Origin: Botryllus schlosseri
Taxonomy: Eukaryota
Length of the DNA: 64,000 nucleotides
NCBI GenBank assembly: GCA_051294905.1
Contig: CM119371.1
Span: 18,414,001-18,478,000, forward strand
Direction: 5' to 3'
Positions 1 to 11,927 of the stretch are shown one piece after another (positions within the stretch are counted from its first letter, which is position 1; every line of letters starts with the position of its first letter). The translations under genes and the position numbers were made by a program. Under the pieces are notes generated by a model. The model saw only the letters and a program-made list of their open reading frames with translations, did no database searches and was not told the DNA's origin.

Positions 1-593
1 GTAAGTATCGATGATAAGTACTGGTATATGTGGCCCAATCGTGGTCAAATGCATGATCAATTATGTTCTATTATGGACGTACAGTAAATAGAACTAGGTG
101 AGAGCGAGAGTTTAGCTCAGTTTATACTCATTTTCACCCAAAATACCAGAAGAATAGCGATACAATGAAACGATAGGAAGAAGATGAAACGATCTGAAAT
201 AGTCTCTATATATCAATCAAAAACACAAATAATGATATAAAGAATGCATTAAAAAGGGGTATATCCGCTAAATGAAACAGGAAATAATGGTATAGAAAGC
301 TAGAAGCGATGAAGACATTATCAAAACTGGTAACTGGTAAGTGTTGATTTGTATCTTTTTTTATAGAAATAGACCTAAATATTCGGCCGACACTCGTCAC
401 AGCTAATCGTATGCAACTGCATAGAATTGAAAAAAAAACAATGTATACCTAATGATATATATACAATGATTGGAAACTCCAGTGAGCTCTGCGTTTTAGC
501 GCGTCGCGAGTCATGCTTCACCAGGGGTATGAAATCGATGTAAACAAACGGTTCGCCAGCAATCTTTCTGCAGCAACTGGCGTTAAAACATCA

Positions 594-777
594 TCATCAT
601 TCATCGTCATTGGTTTATTAGCAATATATATCAGTTCAATACACCGCAAAAATGCGATACAATGAGAAGATAGGAAGGTGTCAAAGCGACTATGGAATCA
701 GTCACCCACCTTGGCCCATAGGCGATGTAAAGAGGAGGCATTCACACTGAATCAAAAGTAGATAAGATAGTATAGAG
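594..777 (-). mobile_element. 3' end of a LINE/SINE-type retroelement with (TGA)n tail, interrupted by the hAT insertion (continues about 7416-7500)
   Basis: Reverse complement of the recurrent tail ...CCTATCTTTTCATTGTATCGCAxTTTTGTGGTGTATTGAACTGAT...AATAAAC(C)AATGATGATGATG, also seen at 3712-4025, 5003-5125, 22465-22555, 46465-46660, 51400-51660, 57640-57870 and 63600-63860. Confidence 0.7.
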
Positions 778-989
778 CAGGGGTTCTCAACCCGCGGGCC
801 GCATGCGGCCCGCAGACGATTATTTTGCGGCCCGCGACATCTTTCAATAGGAACGGGATTACTACTGGCACATTATTGTTATGGAAGACCGATGTGTCAC
901 ATTTGTCGAAGTACAGTTGTTGCAACGAAGCGTAGAAACTTAAAATGACACCACGATAGTTTCTTCTGGAGTTGTACAATGTACAATGT

Positions 990-1620
990 ACATATTGCCT
1001 GATCTGAGAGAAACCGTTGCGAGCTAGGTTTCAAGCCCATCAATCCATATTTCGAGGCATTGTTAAAATTGCCGAATACGTTACAGACGCATTGTTCAAA
1101 ATTGCATGGAATATCGCTGAACCCAAGAATCTGTTAGAGGGTGTGACTTCAATAAAACTTTAACGTACTGTGCGAATATTCGCTGTTTCCGGAACTTTGC
1201 AGCACGTCCAACAACACCTGACAAATTTCGAAGCAAAAGTTGTCTGATTCAACATTCCCCAGAATAATAACAGCAAAGTCAGTCCATCTTTTATCGCATG
1301 TTCTGAAACACGTTGCCACGTATACTTTAGCCTAGCCTTGGACGAATCCACCGACTGCACACACGTGGCATAGCTAATCATCCAGCTGCGTTTTATCAGA
1401 CTGGACATATTTCCAGAGGAAATTCTGACGGGGCAAACGTGGGGAGGGGACCAGTGAAAAAACATCAACTTTACAAAGTTGGCTTCTGTAACTATTGGTG
1501 TAGGGCTCCAGCCATGGAAGGAAAGGAAAAGAGTTGATTGGTTTGCTCAGAAGTGATATTGGCCTCTGTAACGAAACAGTAGCCGTAATTTTATACTTGC
1601 TCGCTCACGCATTGAAACAG
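990..1620 (+). pseudogene. hAT transposase remnant
   Basis: Translates YFSLALDESTDCTHVA*LIIQLRFI from 1323 (first catalytic Asp motif of Charlie/SPIN transposases) and a downstream APAMEGKEK motif; stops and frameshifts present. Confidence 0.85.
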
Positions 1621-1652
1621 AGAGTTCGGTTCTCTTGTGGAAGGGTTTGAAG

Positions 1653-1703
1653 CAGGGATATCTAGAACTAGGAGTAGCCTACTAGCAGTTCTAGATATCC
1701 CTG
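1653..1703. mobile_element. 51-bp hAT-type mini-MITE
   Basis: TIR CAGGGATATCTAGAACT / AGTTCTAGATATCCCTG; flanks GTTTGAAG / GATTGCAT (5/8 match, degraded TSD). Confidence 0.6.
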
Positions 1704-3182
1704 GATTGCATGTGCAGATACCGACTTGGCAACGTATGCAATGCACGCTCAATGAAGGGATTTACTTGCGCCACTGGAAGCAGGGCTGTGGAGTCGGTAA
1801 ATTTTACCACCGACTCCGGCTCCGACTCCGACTCCACACATTTTCAATATACCGACTCCGACTCCGACTCCGACTCCTGAGTCTTTAAACGTACCGACTC
1901 CGACTCCGACTCCGACTCCTGGGTCTTTAAACGTACCGACTCCGACTCCCGACTCCGACTCCGACTCCAGCATTATTACCAATTTACCTCGAAAATTATA
2001 TGCCACATTGTCGGTTGAATGACTATCATACAACCATTAAACATATGCAAACATATGATTAACTGTGGCATGCTGAATTGTTTCATTGTGGCACAGCTCG
2101 AATTATCCATGAAATAAAGATTTGCTAAATATCCTTCCTTATTCAAGTTTTTATAACATGGACTCTCTAATATCCTGAAATGTATGAATCATTCAAATAT
2201 GGCAGATATCCAATCCTGTATAATAAAAATATAGATAAAAAATCCAAGTGTAGGTCTTGTGTATGACTCAGCAACTGATAAAGAAATTGAACTTACTAAT
2301 TTTGTCATTACACACTATCCTGATTACAAGCGCAAACACTCTTACTACTAGTAATAGACATTGGTCATAAATGGAATTTAGTTAAGTAGTCAAAGACCAT
2401 AGCCTATGTCTAGTCTGCATGTACTTAATCAAGTATTCAAGGATTGGGACTTGCAGTCTTTCTTAATCATTTGTTCGACCCAAACAGCTAAGCTACACTA
2501 CAAATATTTTTAATTTTGTCAAATGGGAAGCATCGTTTGGTCATATTTACATATTTTTACAATTTTACAAAACCAGCCGATGGCCTGGTCGAATTTTTTT
2601 GCAAGATAACGACTGAATTAGGCTATAGCAATATCAATAAATATGTCGCTAACATACATTGGGGGTCGCATCTGTATACCACTGGGCTCATTTAGCAAGG
2701 ACAGGATTATTCGAAGTTTAGACATAGCAAAATCGACGGTATCAGTGAACATGCCTCTATCATTTTTGGCAAATGTTTTGTCGACGATCTCGCTGCGAGT
2801 GCACAAGCGAAGCCGTATCTCCTAATTGCGAATATAGTTAGACTCAATTCTGTGAAGAATATGTATTTATAATTTTCAAAAGGGGGCTAAAATACTGAAT
2901 GCAAGAAATCTAGTGACAATGAATCATGCGAAGTTCCGAGAAAAATTTCAAGTCAAATAAATCTGCTATGAAATATTCTACTTCATGGTCATATACGAAG
3001 ATCTCGGATAAATGTGGCTGACCCCTGGATACGTCAATGCCTCAGAACTGTTGTTTTAGTCATCATCAAATTTCTCGGTCATGCTAACCAAATTTTCGTT
3101 GGCCTTGCAATTGTACCTGATGTCATAAATAATTTCGAGAATTACCTCGCAGGCCACACCTACCCTTCTCGTGGGTTCCCTA

Positions 3183-3712
3183 CTATTACCGAGAATGCTA
3201 TTACCGAGATGGACATTACCGAGAATGCTATTACCGAGAATGGACATTACCGAGAACGGACAATACCGAGAATGGACATTACCGAGAATGGACAATACCG
3301 AGAATGGACAATACCGAGAATGGACAATACCGAGAATGGACATTACCGAGAATGGACAATACCGAGAATGGACATTACCGAGAATGACATTGCCGAGAAT
3401 GCTATTACCGAGAATGAACATTACCGAGAATGCTATTACCGAGAATGGACATTACCGAGAACGGACATTACCGAGAATGGACAATACCGAGAATGGACAT
3501 TACCGAGAATGACATTACCGAGAATGCTATTACCGAGAATGGACATTACCGAGAATGCTATTACCGAGAATGGACATTACCGAGAACGGACATTACCGAG
3601 AATGGATATTACCGAGAATGGACAATACCGAGAATGGACATTAGCGAGAATGCTATTACCGAGAATGGACATTACCGAGAACGGACATTACCGAGAATGG
3701 ACATTACCGGAT
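3183..3712 (+). repeat. Minisatellite array of ~15-bp units (GGACATTACCGAGAAT / GCTATTACCGAGAAT)
   Basis: About 35 tandem copies of the core T(T/A)ACCGAGAAT(G); array ends ...CATTACCGGATA. Confidence 0.95.
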
Positions 3713-4025
3713 ATCCGACAGTCGTCGACCATGTACGCATCCAAGTCGAAATACTAGCAATTTCTACTAAATGAATACTATAGTCTGCCCACAAGATGAC
3801 CGGGGGACCACGACCTGACCTATCGATCTCGCCTGCCGTGAATGCCACCCCATTTGTGTCGCTTGCTTTTCTATACTATCTTTTCTTTTACTTTTCATTC
3901 ATTTCTGATTTCCAAGACTACGCCAAGTCCTTTTGACACCTGCCTATCTTTTCATTGTATCGCAATTTTTGTGGTGTATTGAACTGATAAAAATTGCTAA
4001 TAAACCAATGATGATGATGATGATT
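3712..4025 (+). mobile_element. LINE/SINE 3' end with AATAAAC and (TGA)n tail
   Basis: Longest + strand copy of the recurrent retroelement tail; ends AATAAACCAATGATGATGATGATGA. Confidence 0.7.
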
Positions 4026-4129
4026 ATACCTGGGCACTGTGGGACGCTGTGTGTGCAACGCGGTACATACGAGTTGTGGCATAGAACTCGGGCCTTGTTG
4101 CACGGCCTAGTCTAGAGACGGACGATAAC

Positions 4130-5200
4130 ACTGGCCCAAAAAAATTTCATCACCGTAGCCTCAGTCGGATTAAACGGATTAAACGGATTAAATAAAATCT
4201 CTCGAAAATTCGGGAGTGAATTCGTAATTGCAATTTGCATGTCTACGGCTGCCAACACAAATGCCGCACAAATTCCCTTCTACAGCCGCATGCGGCCGTA
4301 CGGGCCGCCCACCCCTGATCTAATAGTATACATGAGGTATATCTTACGCCAATTTTGAATCCGCATTACCGTTGTTTAGGCTTTTACATTGCTGACAAAC
4401 TTCCCCAACCTTGTTTGAAAATAACAAAAAAAAACATTGAAAAGGACATCAATTCATTTCAAGGTAGGTTGCACTAAGACTAATCCTGATGCTGGTAGTG
4501 ACTACAGAGAGCACGGCGTCGTTCCGTCCTGCAATGCTAAATTTAATCAGTTTTGGAAATGAATTAAATTGTGTTGATTTACAGCCAAATTGAGGGCGAA
4601 ACCGGGCAACCTATATCGCATCTAAATCTGTCTTAGGCAGTGCAGTTCGCCAGCTATCAACAACAGCTACCTAGCGCATAGAGATTTAGGCTACCGTCAA
4701 AGCTATAAAGTAATGAATGACTTGCACGTAAGAATTTCTCTAAATCTTCAAAGAATATGGAAAATTTGCTCAAATGAAGTTGAAGTCAGCCTATACTCCG
4801 TTGAGCGCGACTGCTGGAGTTTGAGTATGGCAAGCTTTCTAGAATACGAATTAAGTTTAATCTTCAATAATCGTCTCTTTAGAATGGTTGTGAAACACCT
4901 GTTTAGTCACAATATATACAGACATTGACAAAAATTTCTCGCCCCCCCTGAAAGCCCCTGCGCCCCTCAAGGGGGGCGCGCCCCCCAGGTTGAGAACCCC
5001 TGGCCTAGACTAAGGTGGGCGTCGGATCTCTAAGACTTCGTCACCTTCTTATCTTTTCATTGTATCGCAGTTTTGTGGTGTTTTGAATTGATGAAAATAA
5101 TATTAAACCGATACTGATATGCATCATCTAGACCGGTGGTTCTCAACCGGGATTCCGCGACGCATTTTCAGGGGGTACGCGAAACCTCTAAATTTGCAAA
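4130..5200. mobile_element. Additional nested hAT-MITE ends
   Basis: Right ends ...CCCACCCCTG (4317) and ...GTTGAGAACCCCTG (5002); left end CCGGTGGTTCTCAAC (about 5133); partners and TSDs not resolved. Confidence 0.55.
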
Positions 5201-6364
5201 ATGATTTATAACCTAATATCAGGGAAATCGTGAGGCAGTTTCGCTTCATAAGTGCAAAAGCTTCAGGACTCACATCAACAGAACGGGGTTTGATATGAAA
5301 TATACCGTACTGTGCAAACTCCTTTTAATTGCCAATAGCTCACTGATACTAACATTGCTGCTGAGAGATGTTATGTTGGGGTTTGTGCGAAGAAAAGTTA
5401 GAGTACTAAAAGATCAGTCATGGTGACTTTGGAATGTTTGCGCAAAATTGGGATTTGAAGTTCTTTGTACCCGCAAAATTGGAAACAATACTTTGGGATA
5501 GAAATTGCAGACTTTAAATTCCTAATCCATCCCTGCAAAGTTATTGAGACCTCGCCACGAAATATATTTTCTTCTGTGATACACAATATACATAACCACT
5601 ATTCTAGATTCTCGAAAATCACTTTCTCAATATTGGGGCCATATGTTGCGAATATATCCAAAGATATCGTCGGAAGCTTTTACGCGTTAATAGTATATTT
5701 TCGACCACCTATCTTTGAGGAAACATATTTTAGGCAGTCGTTCATATCAAATCACAGGCGTGGATTTTCAAGCCACGGCCACGTATTTCAAGAAATGCAG
5801 CTACAGAATTCGTTTTGAAGTATTAAAAGTCCACCGAATTACGATATATATCATGGTGATATTTCAGGAAAATACAGTTTTTCCGGTTTAGCACTCTACA
5901 GTTAATGTGTGCACAAGACTGATGACGGTTGCATGATAATTGAGTTAAATTTGACTTTACCTTGAGTCCATAAGCACGAAGTTTCAGCCTATAATGCTAG
6001 TGCCCGGCGTTTATCTTGATCTCCCAACGTCATACCATAAACACTCCTCGTAAGTGCACTTGGTGCCATTTCACATATTAAATCGCTTCATTTTCAACGT
6101 GTTCTCGTAACGCGTGTAGCAAAACAAATCTAGGTCATTGCGACACTGTCTGTCTAGCTAACAATGATGGAAATTTCGAAGGTTTCGTAAAAACGGGTGT
6201 AAAAGTCGAAAATTGCGATTTTTCAAACGACTATTCTGAGCCCGATCGGTTCGCTTAGTCTGTACAGCATAAGGGGAGATCGCTTATCGCGTCGGCACCC
6301 GCGGGTGGTCTCTGGGACATGAGGTCGCCGAGTATTAGTGCGCCAAAGTGTATTGTCGTTGGTG

Positions 6365-6857
6365 TCCATTCTCGGTAATGGTCATTCTCGGTAATAGCAT
6401 TCCTGGTAATGTCCATTCTCGGTAATGGTCATTCTCGGTAATAGCATTCTCGGTAATGTCCATTCTCGGTAGTGGTCATTCTCGGTAATGGTATTCTCGG
6501 TAATAGACATTCTCGGTAATAGCTTTCTCGGTAATAGCCATTCTCGGTAATAAACATTCTCGGTAATAGCATTCTCGGTAATAGTATTCTCGGTAATAGA
6601 CATTCTCGGTAATAGTAATCTCGATAATAGCTATTCTCGGTAATAGCCATTCTCGGTAATAGTATTCTCTGAATTGTCCATTCTCGGTGATGTCCATTCT
6701 CGGTATTGTCCATTTTCGGTAATGTCCATTCTCGGTATTGTCCATTCTCGGTATTGTCCATTCTCGGTATTGTCCATTCTCGGTAATGTCCATTCTCGGT
6801 ATTGTCCTTCTCGGTAATAGCATTCTCGGTAATAGCATTCTCGGTATTGTCCGGATA
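6365..6857 (-). repeat. Second 15-bp minisatellite array, inverted relative to 3183-3712
   Basis: (CATTCTCGGTAAT)-type units, about 30 copies; ends ...GGTATTGTCCGGATA. Confidence 0.95.
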
Positions 6858-8295
6858 CGCTTCTCGTGTGCCAAATTTGGCCTGCGTGCCACAGGCTGGC
6901 CGCACCTGATCTGTATGGTTAATAATAACAGTGATTGGTGGTACATAAAAATTATATTGAAAATTCTTTGAAAGCAAATGTTTTCATGATAGAGAAGTTG
7001 GAGTCGGAGTCGGAGTCGAAATCATAGTCATTCTCACAAACTCCGACTCCGACTCCAGTCAGTATTTTCCCACCGACTCCGACTCCGACTCCGACTCCAG
7101 CTATTACAGTTTTCACGACTCCGACTCCGACTCCGACTCCATCAAGCGAAAATTACCCCGACTCCGACTCCGACTCCGAATCCACAACCCTGACTGGAAG
7201 TTAGATATTCTCACAAAAAAACAGTAACTGCAATGCTTGATAATGCATAAAAATGTACTAAATGCCCGTATAAGACTGGTAAATGGGCTATAGTGTCCTC
7301 TAAATTGAACAGTAGCCCAAAAATACACGGTGATAATGTTCTGCGGCCCGCGGCCTCTTCCGCTGTTAAAATGCGGCCCGTTATACGAGGGAAGTTGAGA
7401 ACCCCTGGTATAGAGGATGAACTAGTATTTCTTTGGTAGTAATTGCTTGTATTTCGACTTTAATGTGGACATGCTCGTCGACTGGGAACGCTTGGGAATG
7501 TTATGAAAACATATTTAAAAATAAGTATTTTGCGATGATCATGGGTAGAAAGTATTTACCACTGTCCATTTCATAGTAATTTACGTGATAGATACATCAT
7601 TTTGCCTAGCTACAATATGACCACCCCGGCCAGTTTTTCGAGCTTAACAGTAATAGTTGACTTGGAAGATGCTATCGGGAACGAAATAGGGACAGTAATA
7701 GACGGAAGCAGGTTATTATGCAATTTAAGACACGTGCATTCAGTCATTCAGCCACACTAAACAATTTTCAGACTCACACAGCATCATATATTTGAAGAAA
7801 ATATCCCATCAACTTCAATTGAGGTGATCATGGACGAAGCAATGTAATTCTATCCTAGAAGAAACGAAGTTTACAAATTTATTTACATTTTTCCTTGCAG
7901 TTCAGTGCCGAATCAAATGATTGGGAAGGCCACTACGAGTTCAGAGAATTATGAATGTAAGTAAAACACCAATTAAGGTAGTAATTGTTACTTGGTTGAA
8001 ATCAACTACTTCTAGGGCAGTTTCATAAATATAAGAAATCCAGAGCTTTTGGAGCACTATTTGTGTGCTATGCATACAGAGTAGGAGCTAAAAACAAGAC
8101 CACATAGTCGGTCAAGCCGTTGTTCTTCCTTACATGATACACACATGCCAATATTTGAACTGATTTAGGGTTTTCATCTTACAAAGTGTCCATCCGTAAG
8201 CCTGAATTTACTGAATAGTTTCAGATGCTTAAATCAAAAGTGCTTGGAGCAGTAGCACCAACGGTCAAGAACTACCAGCAAATTTATTTGAGTAT

Positions 8296-8976
8296 TTGAA
8301 GAATACAATTAACAAGGCCAGTAGTGGAAGTCAGTTGATGCAGATGTTCAGCTGTGATGGTATAACACTTCCAGAACATTTCCCAAATCTGCGAAGAATA
8401 TTTCTTCTCCAAAGTGTACGAAGGGTGTTCGACATAGCGTCATCGATATTTCAAAAAAGAAAATCCGGTAAGAAGGAAGTGGAGTGTGAGCTGACCGAGG
8501 ATGAAAAGTATATAATACAGTATATTGCCGGGTATATAGGCCTACTACAGAAGATGAAAAAACGTTGCCGAGATGCAGACGAGTTTGACTTGATATGTCA
8601 ATTGATTGACTCCGAGCCCAATAACAACGTGTCGCCGAATTCATTAATATCCGTACTCCAGAAGAAGGATTTTGGCCAGTTGACAGTACCTGTCCAGGGA
8701 CTACTAAATGCACTGATGGTCATTGAGACAAAATTTAGATCAGGTTATCAACACCATAATATTATTGAAAATTTAATGCAGGATATAGATCTGACAACAT
8801 TCACCATAGCAATTCAAAACTCCATAACAAATCAGTTACTGGAAAAAATCTTCCGTTACTACATCAGAATTCGTTGCTACCAGAAAGCAAGAGTTATAAA
8901 CTCAGAACTTCAAAATAACAAGGACCAAAACATTAGTCAACGCAAGGCACTGAAGTCTATTTGTAACAAAAAGTGA
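8296..8976 (+). pseudogene. C-terminal domain resembling P-element/THAP9-type transposases (remnant)
   Basis: IIQYIAGY...LISVLQKKDFGQLTVP...IETKF...YYIRIRCYQKAR pattern recalls P/THAP9 C-termini; the upstream frame is broken by stops; AG/GT-bounded exon-like block at 7901-7956. Confidence 0.5.
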
Positions 8977-9309
8977 TTTGTACTAATGCGGATAAATTTT
9001 CCTCTTCAATTAATGAGAACTCTCCTATCATTATTAAATGAAGGACTACGCCTCGTAACGTGAATGCAGTGGATCAATCTTCTTTTCCAGTCTCCGTAAA
9101 CCATTCTATTATGATTTGACGAATAACTGTGCCATTTTGCTTATATGCAGTTGTTCCATTTCCGCAAACTGATCTATTAGGATTTCCCGAATAACTGTGC
9201 TATTTTTATTATTAAATGCAATGGATCAATTTCCGTAAACTGTTTTAAATAGTATTATTAGGATTCAAGATTTGCTTCCAAAACTACATTCATTGCAGTG
9301 AAAAACTGT

Positions 9310-9720
9310 GGCACCGATTCCGAAAATATAAATTAAAATACTGATCAGGCACTGATCCACCTAGAATCTGTCCTCTAAGTCCGAAATATCGGCATTGTTT
9401 AGAACAATCGGGTAACCGCAACACAATGACCATAACAATGACCCGTTGCCACTCTCCGACTGTTCGAACAATACCGATATTTCAGACTTGGAGGGTGGAT
9501 TCTAGGTGGATCAGTGCCTGATAATTATTTCACTTTATATTTTCGGATTCAGTGCAACAGTAGCTTTCGATCAAGACCAGATTCAATAATTTCTGCGCTC
9601 GGGAAGATAGCTTTTAGATTGCCAGAAATCCTACAGTCGCTTACGCAAAACAATTCTCCACTCCAGCCCCGGCGAAGCGGAACGAAGCTGCAAAATCGGT
9701 CGTTGCCGTTCCATGTTTAA
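9310..9720. mobile_element. Left-truncated copy of the ~590-bp palindromic MITE family
   Basis: Homologous to 10743-11331 and 11339-11920 with the centre in the opposite orientation; ends ...GTTCCATGTTTAA. Confidence 0.8.
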
Positions 9721-10735
9721 GTACAGATAACTAACCTACGGATAGATACCCAACACCCGTCGTCACGCTTGCTTGCTCGGAGGAAAATACCGCTCAGCAA
9801 TCTGAACGCAACGTAATTGCCAAACCCATAGCTGACGACCCGAGCGCTCAAATTGAATAAAGTTGATCTTATTTGAACGCTACTGTCGCACTGATTCCGA
9901 AAATATACATTAAAATCCGATTGGGGCAATAGAACCACCTCTAAATACACCTCAAAGTCTGAAAATTGGCATTGTTCGGAACAATCGAAGACACGCAAGG
10001 GTCATCATTGTTATGGTCATTGTGGTGCGTCGATGTGATTGTCTGGAACAATGCCGATTTTCAGACTTTGAACGCTATTTCGGGCTGGCTCTTTTGCCTT
10101 GATGAAAGTTTAATGTATATTTTCGGAATCAGTGCGACAGTAGCTTTCTAATAAGATCAACTATATTTAATTTGAGCGCTCGGGTCGTCAGCTATGGGAT
10201 TGGCAATTACGTTGCGTTCAGATTGCTGAGCGGTATTTTCCTCCGAGCAAGCAAGCGTGACGACGGGTGTTGGGTATCTATCAGAGATGAGCGGATTTGA
10301 AATTTCGATGTCCTAATCCAATCCAAATCCGAACCTTCCAATCCAAATCCAAATCCTTATCCATAACTTTTTCATATTCAAGTCCATGTCCAATCCTAAT
10401 CCGATTCCAACTGGAAATTCGGAAAAATACTAATTTATGCAATGGAGGGATTCGAAAATTTTCTTTCACAATCAACGATTCACTTGATTCAAGATAACTT
10501 AGTAACCATAAGTACATTAATAACTGATCTGAATAAAGTTTGTCGCCATTCGCCACACGACATTTCAATCTCCCAGAAAATCGGTAAATCCAATCCAAAT
10601 CCTAATCTGTTCTGAAAAAAATGTCTAATCCAAATCCAATCCAAATCCGACAAAATTTCACAAATCCTGTTTTTTCAAAACCTAATCCTAATCCATGCTC
10701 ATCTCTGGTATCTATCCGTAGGTTAGTTATCTATA
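9721..10735. mobile_element. Related palindromic MITE subfamily (termini TA(T/C)AGATAACTAACC), interrupted by a hAT MITE
   Basis: Long inverted arms (AGATAACTAACCTACGGATAGATACCCAACACCCGTCGTCACGCTTGC... and its reverse complement at 10200-10281 plus 10708-10735); inner sequence shared with the neighbouring MITEs. Confidence 0.8.
10282..10707. mobile_element. hAT-type MITE with AATCC-rich subterminal repeats
   Basis: TIR CAGAGATGAGC / GCTCATCTCTG; perfect 8-bp TSD GTATCTAT at 10274-10281 and 10708-10715. Confidence 0.9.
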
Positions 10736-10742
10736 GTACAAT

Positions 10743-11331
10743 TATAGAAATTAAACATGGAACGGCAACGACCGATTTTGCAGCTTTGTTCCGCTTCGCA
10801 GAGGCTGGAGAAGAGAATTGTTTTGCGTAGGCGACTTTAGGATTTCTGGCAATCCAAAAGCTATCTTCCCGAGCACGGAAATTATTGAATATGGTCTTGA
10901 TCGAAAGCCACTGCTGCACCGATTCCGAAAATATAAAGTAAAATAATAATCAGGCACTGATCCACCTAGAATCCGCCCTCCAAGTCGAAATATCGGCATT
11001 GTTCGAACAATCGGGGAGTCGCAACGGGTCATTGTTATGGTAATTGTGTTGCGGTTACCCGATTGTTCTGAACAATGCCGATATTTCAGACTTGGAGGAA
11101 AGATTCTAGGTGGATCAGTGCCTGATCATTATTTAAATTTATATTTTCGGAATCAGTGCAACAGTAGCTTTCGATCAAGACCAGATTAAATAATTTCTGC
11201 GCTCGGGAAGCTAGCTTTTGGATTGCCAGAAATCCTACAGTCACTTACGCAAAACAATTCTCCTCTCCAGCCTCCGCGAAGCGGAACGAAGCTGCAAAAT
11301 CGTCGTTGCCGTTCCATGTTTAATTTCTATA
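10743..11331. mobile_element. Palindromic MITE copy A (P-superfamily-like, 7-bp TSD)
   Basis: Termini TATAGAAATTAAACATGGAAC / GTTCCATGTTTAATTTCTATA; flanked by GTACAAT at 10736-10742 and 11332-11338. Confidence 0.88.
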
Positions 11332-11338
11332 GTACAAT

Positions 11339-11920
11339 TATAGAAATTAAACATGGAACGGCAACGACCGATTTTGCAGCTTCGTTCCGCTTCGCCGAGG
11401 CTGGAGTGTTTTGCGTAAGCGACTGTAGGATTTCTGACAATCTAAAAGCTATCTTCCCCAGCGCAGAAATTATTGAATCTGGTCTTGATCGAAAGCTACT
11501 GTTGAACCGATTCCGAAAATATAAATTAAAATAATGATCAGGCACTGATCCACTTAGAATCCACCCTCCTATCTGAAATATCGGCATTGTTCGAACAATC
11601 GGAGAGTCGCAACGGGTCATTGTTATGGCCATTGTGTTGCGGTTACGCGATTGTTCTGAACAATGCCAATATTTCAGACTTGGAGGACAGATTCTAGGTG
11701 GATCAGTGCCTGATCGATATTTTAATTTAGATTTTCGGAATCGGTGCAACAGTAGCTTTCGATCAAGACCAGATTCAGTAATTTCCGCGCTCGAGAAGAT
11801 AGCTTTCTGGTTGCCAGAAATCCTACAGTCGCTTACGCAAAACAATTCTCCACTCCAGCCTCAGCGGAGCGGAACGAAGCTGCAAAATCGGTCGTTGCCG
11901 TTCCATATTCAATTTCTATA
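11339..11920. mobile_element. Palindromic MITE copy B
   Basis: Same termini as copy A; flanked by GTACAAT at 11332-11338 and 11921-11927. Confidence 0.88.
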
Positions 11921-11927
11921 GTACAAT

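Larger units (their letters stand above)
1781..7192 (+). mobile_element. Non-autonomous hAT element with subterminal (CCGACT)n microsatellites, itself carrying nested insertions
   Basis: TIRs CAGGGCTGTGGA / TCCACAACCCTG; perfect 8-bp TSD ACTGGAAG at 1773-1780 and 7193-7200; (CGACTC)n at 1810-1970 and 7000-7180; internal sequence homologous to 45232-46305. Confidence 0.9.
778..7407 (+). mobile_element. hAT (Charlie/Buster-like) DNA transposon, decayed, with nested insertions
   Basis: TIRs CAGGGGTTCTCAAC (778-791) / GTTGAGAACCCCTG (7394-7407); perfect 8-bp TSD GTATAGAG at 770-777 and 7408-7415. Confidence 0.92.

Noticed and set aside
120-400. Possible receptor/GPCR-like exon at the window start (…IKNTNNDIKNALKR…, GTAAGT near 337)
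   Set aside because: Several stops and only a vague motif; cannot be supported without a search
1749-2033. ESESES/GVGVGV ORFs (also 7113-7328)
   Set aside because: Translations of the (CCGACT)n microsatellite in hAT MITE ends
3183-6857. TTACCGAGAATG arrays as CRISPR, or the long ORFs over them (MLLPRMDITENGHYREW...) as proteins
   Set aside because: Units are about 15 bp with no unique spacers, there are no cas genes and the context is eukaryotic; the ORFs are stop-free by-products of a repeat whose period is a multiple of 3
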